Source of the DNA: an uncultured Nitrososphaerota archaeon
GTDB taxonomy: Archaea; Thermoproteota; Nitrososphaeria; Nitrososphaerales; Nitrosopumilaceae
Direction: 5' to 3'
DNA length: 64,000 nucleotides
NCBI GenBank assembly: GCA_963701075.1
Contig: OY969559.1
Span: 1,024,001-1,088,000, forward strand
Part shown: positions 58,801 to 64,000 of the stretch, one piece after another
How the letters are laid out: each line of letters begins with the position of its first letter
Numbering within the stretch: position 1 is the first letter of the stretch
The notes under the pieces: generated by a model
The model's database searches: none
Told to the model about the DNA's origin: nothing
The model's input: only the letters and a program-made list of their open reading frames with translations
Program-made: the position numbers and the translations under genes

Positions 58801-59907
58801 TTACGGTGATAATTTACTAACAATATCCGAAAATTCTTTTTCACTTAAAACAGGAATCTTTGTTAATTCTAAATTCTCGTCTACATGAGAAGAGGATTTT
58901 TGTCCTACCAATGGTGCTATGACACCTGGGGTAGACCTAACAAATTGAATTGCTCTGTGAGATGCTCGTGTTAATTCTCCAAACTCAGGTAAGACATTTG
59001 GGCCTAGAAGTTTTGCCTGCATTAGGGGAACGCTTGTAAAAACTCCTATTCCAAGCTTGGTTGCAGCCTCAAAAATATTGAGTGTTATGCCGTCTTGTGT
59101 TTGATTCTTCATGGTCAGAGCTTGATCAAGATACATATTGTATGGAAGTTGGATGAACTTGAATCCATTTTCAGAACCACCTATGTCTCTTGCTATCTTA
59201 ACAATGTCAAAAATAGAGAGATACTGCGGGTGTTCTTGTGGTACTCTAAAGCAATCCCATGTGGCCATACCGTAGTATCTTATTGTTCCGGACTTTCTTT
59301 GATTTTCGTAAAACTCAAACACGTCTCCAAGTTTTTTCATGAATTCCTCTTTTGACATGTCTTGGAGCTGTCCTTCAGCAGCATTGTGCAGATACATCAA
59401 GTCAATGCACTCTAGTCCCAAATTCTTGAGACTCCTGTTTAATTGATCTTGAAGATATGGTATTGTCATGCAGTGATATCCAGAAGAGATGTCCCCCGAT
59501 TTGATTATGTTAGATTTTACAAGGGTATTTTGAATATTCTGCCAAAATTCTTCTTTTACATCGCCGTCATTTGTTATGTAGCCATTCTTTGTACTTATGA
59601 ATAATTGATCCCTTTTTGCCTTGTTCTTTTCAATCAGTTGAGCAATTGCTTTACCTACTGATCTTTCAGCCTTCTGTGATCTATAATTAATAGCGGTATC
59701 TATTACGTTTACACCCAAAGTGGTTGATTTTATCACCGCATCCTTGACTAGTACGTCAGTCATATCGTCTGGATTTCCAAGATACGTGCCTATCCCAATA
59801 GATGATAACGTTAACCCATCGAATTGTTTGAAGTGATTTTTTGCAACATTTGGATGATTCTTTGCAAACTCGGCTGTCCCTTCTGGTGTGGCATGTCCCG
59901 TTATCAC
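58801..59907 (-). CDS. Aldo/keto reductase
   Basis: SIGIGTYLG, IDTAINY, ISTKNG, DLMYLHN. Confidence 0.9.
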   Translation of the reverse strand: MITGHATPEGTAEFAKNHPNVAKNHFKQFDGLTLSSIGIGTYLGNPDDMTDVLVKDAVIKSTTLGVNVIDTAINYRSQKAERSVGKAIAQLIEKNKAKRDQLFISTKNGYITNDGDVKEEFWQNIQNTLVKSNIIKSGDISSGYHCMTIPYLQDQLNRSLKNLGLECIDLMYLHNAAEGQLQDMSKEEFMKKLGDVFEFYENQRKSGTIRYYGMATWDCFRVPQEHPQYLSIFDIVKIARDIGGSENGFKFIQLPYNMYLDQALTMKNQTQDGITLNIFEAATKLGIGVFTSVPLMQAKLLGPNVLPEFGELTRASHRAIQFVRSTPGVIAPLVGQKSSSHVDENLELTKIPVLSEKEFSDIVSKLSP

Positions 59908-59937
59908 AAAATGACTTTAGATATGGTTGATTTAATT

Positions 59938-60840
59938 CTACTGAACAATTTTCATGAGATAGTCTACAACAAAGCTTAGAACAAGTAAAACACCGGTGAT
60001 TCTGCTGTATGATACAAAGTTTTTCATTATAGGAACAAATTCTTCTACCTGATCAAATTTTTGTTTCAAGGCCATGCCGGATTTTATTACAATGGGTATG
60101 GTAACAAGTGTGACAAGAGATACAGCTGGAAAGAGGCGTAATGCAACTGCAGTTATGATTACCCCGTATGATATGACTGGAAAAATCCATATGCTCGAAG
60201 CTGCCTTTGCTCTTCCAAGTAGTATGACAAGCGTCTTTCTTCCGTGAGATTTGTCTGCATCATGATCTGGAAATGAATTTACAAAGAGAACCGTTGATGA
60301 TAAAACTCCCGAGACTATGCCTGCAAGTATGGGCTCGGCGGTTATATGGGCGGCCTGCACAAAGTATGTTCCAAGCACTATCATTGCACCTTTGATGGCA
60401 ACAAAGACTTCGCCCAGACCTGAATCAACTATTCTTGTAGAATAAAAATAGATTGAAATAATTGCAAATCCCAAAATTATTGCAATTGTTATGCCTCTTT
60501 CAAATACAAAATATGCCCCAATTAGTGCGCCAACAACCAGTAAAATAATTCCTGCACGATAGACTTCAGATGGGTTGAGCAATCCCTCTGGTAAAACTCC
60601 GGTACCTCCACTGAACTTAGTTCTCTTAGTTTCTGTATCTATCTTTCTTTTATAATCCCAATAATCATTGAGTAGATCCACACTTGCATGTAGTGCCACG
60701 ACACCTGCTAATGTTAACACGGCAAATTCTATGTTGATAGTTGTATTTTGCCACCAATTTATGGCGAGACCAAGAAAGACTGAGATTATTGACGCAAGTA
60801 AAAATTTGATTCTAACTATACGTAGCCAGGATGACAGCAT
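59938..60840 (-). CDS. menA: UbiA-family prenyltransferase, MenA-like
   Basis: NDYWDYKRKID, NSFPDHDADKSHGRKTL; multi-TM. Confidence 0.82.
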   Translation of the reverse strand: MLSSWLRIVRIKFLLASIISVFLGLAINWWQNTTINIEFAVLTLAGVVALHASVDLLNDYWDYKRKIDTETKRTKFSGGTGVLPEGLLNPSEVYRAGIILLVVGALIGAYFVFERGITIAIILGFAIISIYFYSTRIVDSGLGEVFVAIKGAMIVLGTYFVQAAHITAEPILAGIVSGVLSSTVLFVNSFPDHDADKSHGRKTLVILLGRAKAASSIWIFPVISYGVIITAVALRLFPAVSLVTLVTIPIVIKSGMALKQKFDQVEEFVPIMKNFVSYSRITGVLLVLSFVVDYLMKIVQ

Positions 60841-60905
60841 TATGTAATGTTCAGATATATGGTCTATTTCGGTATATTGTCTGTACTGGGAGAGATAGTA
60901 GTTGG

Positions 60906-61316
60906 TTAGCGTAATTTTTCCAAGTCTACATTTTCTACTGGCTTTCTGCCGTTGAAGCCTTCATCCTTTCCATGCCAAAACTTGATCTCAGTTTCACCTT
61001 CTTTCCAACAAAGCCATATTTCTTCATTAAATCGAAGTGATGGAAAATCCAACAATCCTTCATCTATGCTTTTTATGGTTATCCCAGAACTCTCCATATC
61101 TTCTATTGCTTTATAAAAACTTGAGATTGCTGTATTGAGTTCTTGTTTCTTGAGGGCATATTCTTTGAAACTAGACATGTATTTGGGATTTGTTTCCATC
61201 TCGGTTTGTATTCTTATGACTTCATTTTTCAAATTTACCAGATCTTTAAATTTCTTAATTACGGAAGGAAGCATTGCATTTGCCTCTTTTAGAGTAAAAT
61301 GAGAAAACATTACCAA
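60906..61316 (-). CDS. DUF2203 family protein
   Basis: FTLKEANAMLP, GLLDFP, LCWKEGE...WH...GFNGRKP. Confidence 0.9.
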   Translation of the reverse strand: MVMFSHFTLKEANAMLPSVIKKFKDLVNLKNEVIRIQTEMETNPKYMSSFKEYALKKQELNTAISSFYKAIEDMESSGITIKSIDEGLLDFPSLRFNEEIWLCWKEGETEIKFWHGKDEGFNGRKPVENVDLEKLR

Positions 61317-61343
61317 ACTAGCACGATGGCCCAGTTAAAAGTA

Positions 61344-62189
61344 TTAAGTCTCATTCAGGGATGATATTACTTCAGCAATCATTCTTGATGCCAAGTGGGA
61401 TGTTCTGTCCTTGATGTCGTAACCTGGACAAACTTCCATGATATCAAATCCAACAATCCCTTTCTTTGCTATTGATTTGAGAAGGTATAGCGTCTCGAGA
61501 TTTCCAAGTCCTAATGGAACAGGAACCGAGACTCCGGGGGCATAAGCAGGATCAATCGCGTCCATGTCTACTGAGACATATGTGTTTTTTCCAATCTTGT
61601 CAAGTATGGTTCTGTCAATTTCTGTAATGCCGTTTTTGAGAATATCAAGAGGAGTTATTACCGATAAATTATATTTTTTGATATTGTCTATTTCTTCTTG
61701 TTCTGGAGTTCTTATCCCTATCTGGACACTTGATTTTGTATCTATGTCAGGCAAGACATCATGCAAGACAGAGCCGTAATAACCACTGGAAGAACTAATA
61801 AAATCTGGATGGGCGTCAAAATAGACAAGAGATATTGGACCGTATCTTTTGGATAATGATTTGATGATTTCTGTAGAAACAGAATGATCGCCACCCATAG
61901 TTATGGGAATTTTTGATTTTGAAACTATCTTACTTATCACGTCATTAACTTCAGTCCTTAGTATATTTCCATAATCGTACACTTTCTTGTTTATGCCGCC
62001 AAGCGGATATCCGGCAGAAATCTCATTGCCTCTCTTGTATGTGTCTCTTATGTTGGAGATTTCTCTTATCTTATGAGGTGCTTCCGAAGTCCCTTTACGC
62101 AGTGAATGTGATTTTGATTCGTCAGGTACTCCTAAAATTACAACATTTGATTCGTCATAATCTTCAGTATTTGCCCAACATATTCTCAT
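61344..62189 (-). CDS. Ureohydrolase (agmatinase/arginase family)
   Basis: GGDHS, DAHPD, SVDMDAIDPAYAPG, DIMEV. Confidence 0.9.
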   Translation of the reverse strand: MRICWANTEDYDESNVVILGVPDESKSHSLRKGTSEAPHKIREISNIRDTYKRGNEISAGYPLGGINKKVYDYGNILRTEVNDVISKIVSKSKIPITMGGDHSVSTEIIKSLSKRYGPISLVYFDAHPDFISSSSGYYGSVLHDVLPDIDTKSSVQIGIRTPEQEEIDNIKKYNLSVITPLDILKNGITEIDRTILDKIGKNTYVSVDMDAIDPAYAPGVSVPVPLGLGNLETLYLLKSIAKKGIVGFDIMEVCPGYDIKDRTSHLASRMIAEVISSLNET

Positions 62190-62257
62190 TCTTATACTCT
62201 CAATTTGTAATTATAAAAACTGACTAGTAAACACGCAAGTATGATGATGCAGCATGG

Positions 62258-63256
62258 TTAGACTTGATAAGACATGTCTCCAACCAGTAATCTCTGTGTC
62301 TTTCCCTTGCTGAGAACTAACAACGCCCCGTCGCTATCTATTCCTACGGCCTTTCCTTTTATTTCTCCGCTAGGGTGTGATATCCTGACATTTCTTCCTA
62401 TGGTTGAAGATCTTTTTTCCCACTCACTTTTGATTCCATGGAAATTGTTTGTAACTAGTTTGTTGTATAGTTGTTCAAGTTCATAGAGAAATGTTTGAAG
62501 CAACAGCACGGGGTCGGCCTTTTCTTTTTTTCCAACCAGTGTTGTCAAGCCGTAAAAATTCTCAGAATTCTTAACAATCTTAGTTATCGTACTAGGTTGA
62601 ATCTTGAAATTTATTCCAACGCCTATGACTAGGTAATCTATTTGATTAGATTCAATGGATGCGTCAACTAGTATGCCAGCTACTTTCTTATCATCTAGAG
62701 TAAGGTCATTTGGCCACTTTAATTTGGGCCTTAACCTCAATACTTTTTCTATAGACACGGCAAGAGCAAGTGAGGTCAGCATAGGAAACAGCGAAGCTTG
62801 AGAGATTTCGAAATTTGGCTTGAGAAGAACTGATAGCCATATGCCCCCTCTCGGAGATACCCATTTCCTATTTTGTCTTCCTCTACCCCGTGTCTGCTGT
62901 TCAGATATTACAATAGAGCCATTCTCATGTGGCTTTGAAGCCAGCTTTAATGCAAAACTCTGTGTTGAATCGATTGTGTTAAAATAATATATTTTTCTTC
63001 CAATAGTTTCTGTTTGCAGTCCATCTGAAATTTCCCATGGCAACATTAGATTTGTCTTGTCAATTAGTCTGTATCCCGATTTCTGCTTTGATCTTATTTT
63101 GTAACCTAGGGACTGGAGTTTTTTTATATTCTTCCAGACTGCAGCTCTACTAAGTCCTAATGACTTGCTAAGTTCTTCTCCAGAAAGAAACTCTGATTGA
63201 TGAGATTTTAGTAGTCTGACTATCTTGTCAAGAGTGTCATCAAATGAAGTGTACAT
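62258..63256 (-). CDS. birA: Bifunctional biotin--protein ligase/repressor
   Basis: N-terminal HTH (SGEEL...SRAAVWK), DSTQ, GRGR..RKW, KWPND, KVAGIL; ATG 63256. Confidence 0.95.
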   Translation of the reverse strand: MYTSFDDTLDKIVRLLKSHQSEFLSGEELSKSLGLSRAAVWKNIKKLQSLGYKIRSKQKSGYRLIDKTNLMLPWEISDGLQTETIGRKIYYFNTIDSTQSFALKLASKPHENGSIVISEQQTRGRGRQNRKWVSPRGGIWLSVLLKPNFEISQASLFPMLTSLALAVSIEKVLRLRPKLKWPNDLTLDDKKVAGILVDASIESNQIDYLVIGVGINFKIQPSTITKIVKNSENFYGLTTLVGKKEKADPVLLLQTFLYELEQLYNKLVTNNFHGIKSEWEKRSSTIGRNVRISHPSGEIKGKAVGIDSDGALLVLSKGKTQRLLVGDMSYQV

Positions 63257-63293
63257 GTGTTGTTTATTTGACAAATTAGCATTACATGGAGTT

Positions 63294-63965
63294 TTATTCT
63301 TTGAGTAACTTTTTGATATTTTCTTCAAGAAAATCGTTTTGACCAAATCCGACATCTCTGAGTATTCCCTTCTTATCAATTAGAATGAAAGATGGTGTGC
63401 CTCGTAGAGCATACTGTTCAAATGTCTGGGCGGAATATTCTTTGTTTTTTAGATATTGCTTGACACGCTCAATGATATCTGACTTTTGATGCTCATTATA
63501 AGAGTCAAATCCTGGTACATTGGCTTCTATGATCTCATTTATTTTCTCTTGACTAATAGGACCTTCGTCTTTCTTTAAAATATCCATGCCGACCGGGAAT
63601 GGAATTTTGTATGGAAGTTTTTTTCCATCTACCAGTTGACCATATTGCCCTAATGCTCTGAGTGTCTCACCTATTGTTTCACCCGTTGTCAGAAGAAGTT
63701 CAAGGTTGTCGATGGTATTTTTATCAAAATCCTCAAACGCAGTTGAGATCCCGAGAACTGTGACACCGTCTTTACGGTACTTGTTGTAAATGTCAATTGC
63801 CTGTGGTATTGCATGTAGAAAACATCCTGGACAATTTACTTGGAATACTTCAACCAAAACAACATTGTCTTTTTCCTTATCTATGTTGGTAGGTAAACCT
63901 TGTACCCATTTTGAGACTCCGAGATTTGGTGCCTTTGAACCTATTTTTGCAATCATGAATAACAT
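63294..63965 (-). CDS. Thioredoxin-fold (TlpA/AhpC-like) redoxin
   Basis: FQVNCPGC, GTPSFILIDKKG. Confidence 0.88.
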   Translation of the reverse strand: MLFMIAKIGSKAPNLGVSKWVQGLPTNIDKEKDNVVLVEVFQVNCPGCFLHAIPQAIDIYNKYRKDGVTVLGISTAFEDFDKNTIDNLELLLTTGETIGETLRALGQYGQLVDGKKLPYKIPFPVGMDILKKDEGPISQEKINEIIEANVPGFDSYNEHQKSDIIERVKQYLKNKEYSAQTFEQYALRGTPSFILIDKKGILRDVGFGQNDFLEENIKKLLKE

Positions 63966-64000
63966 CTAGAATTAATTTAGTATCTATTTCTTTGTAAGGT

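Overview
A 64-kb, AT-rich, gene-dense chromosomal segment from an ammonia-oxidising archaeon (Nitrososphaerota/Thaumarchaeota). Nitrosotalea-like is my best guess, inferred from gene content (cdvA, PINA, tandem thyX, cofE, eS25, Rpo6, Alba, intron-containing tRNA-Ser). It is mostly housekeeping: replication and repair (fen, lig, UDG, MPG), translation (proS, argS, trmI, endA, DRG), cofactor and sulfur metabolism (tusA-cysM, trxB, thi4, sulfite reductase, rhodanese, menA, birA) and a two-component module. I see no CRISPR array, rRNA or mobile element. Four things stand out. (1) A frameshift-masked ~595-aa tandem SDR resembles the malonyl-CoA-reducing C-terminal half of Chloroflexus malonyl-CoA reductase, making it a candidate for a step of the thaumarchaeal 3HP/4HB carbon-fixation cycle that, as far as I know, has no confirmed enzyme. 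(2) All five +1 frameshifts found restore to an AGCTA site, suggesting a DNA-methylation footprint in the base calls. (3) A hidden 51-aa protamine/histone-H1-like protein lies near a signal-peptide-less protein with 101 uninterrupted collagen triplets. (4) A cupredoxin has swapped copper ligands. All family calls come from motif recognition by eye; no searches were run.
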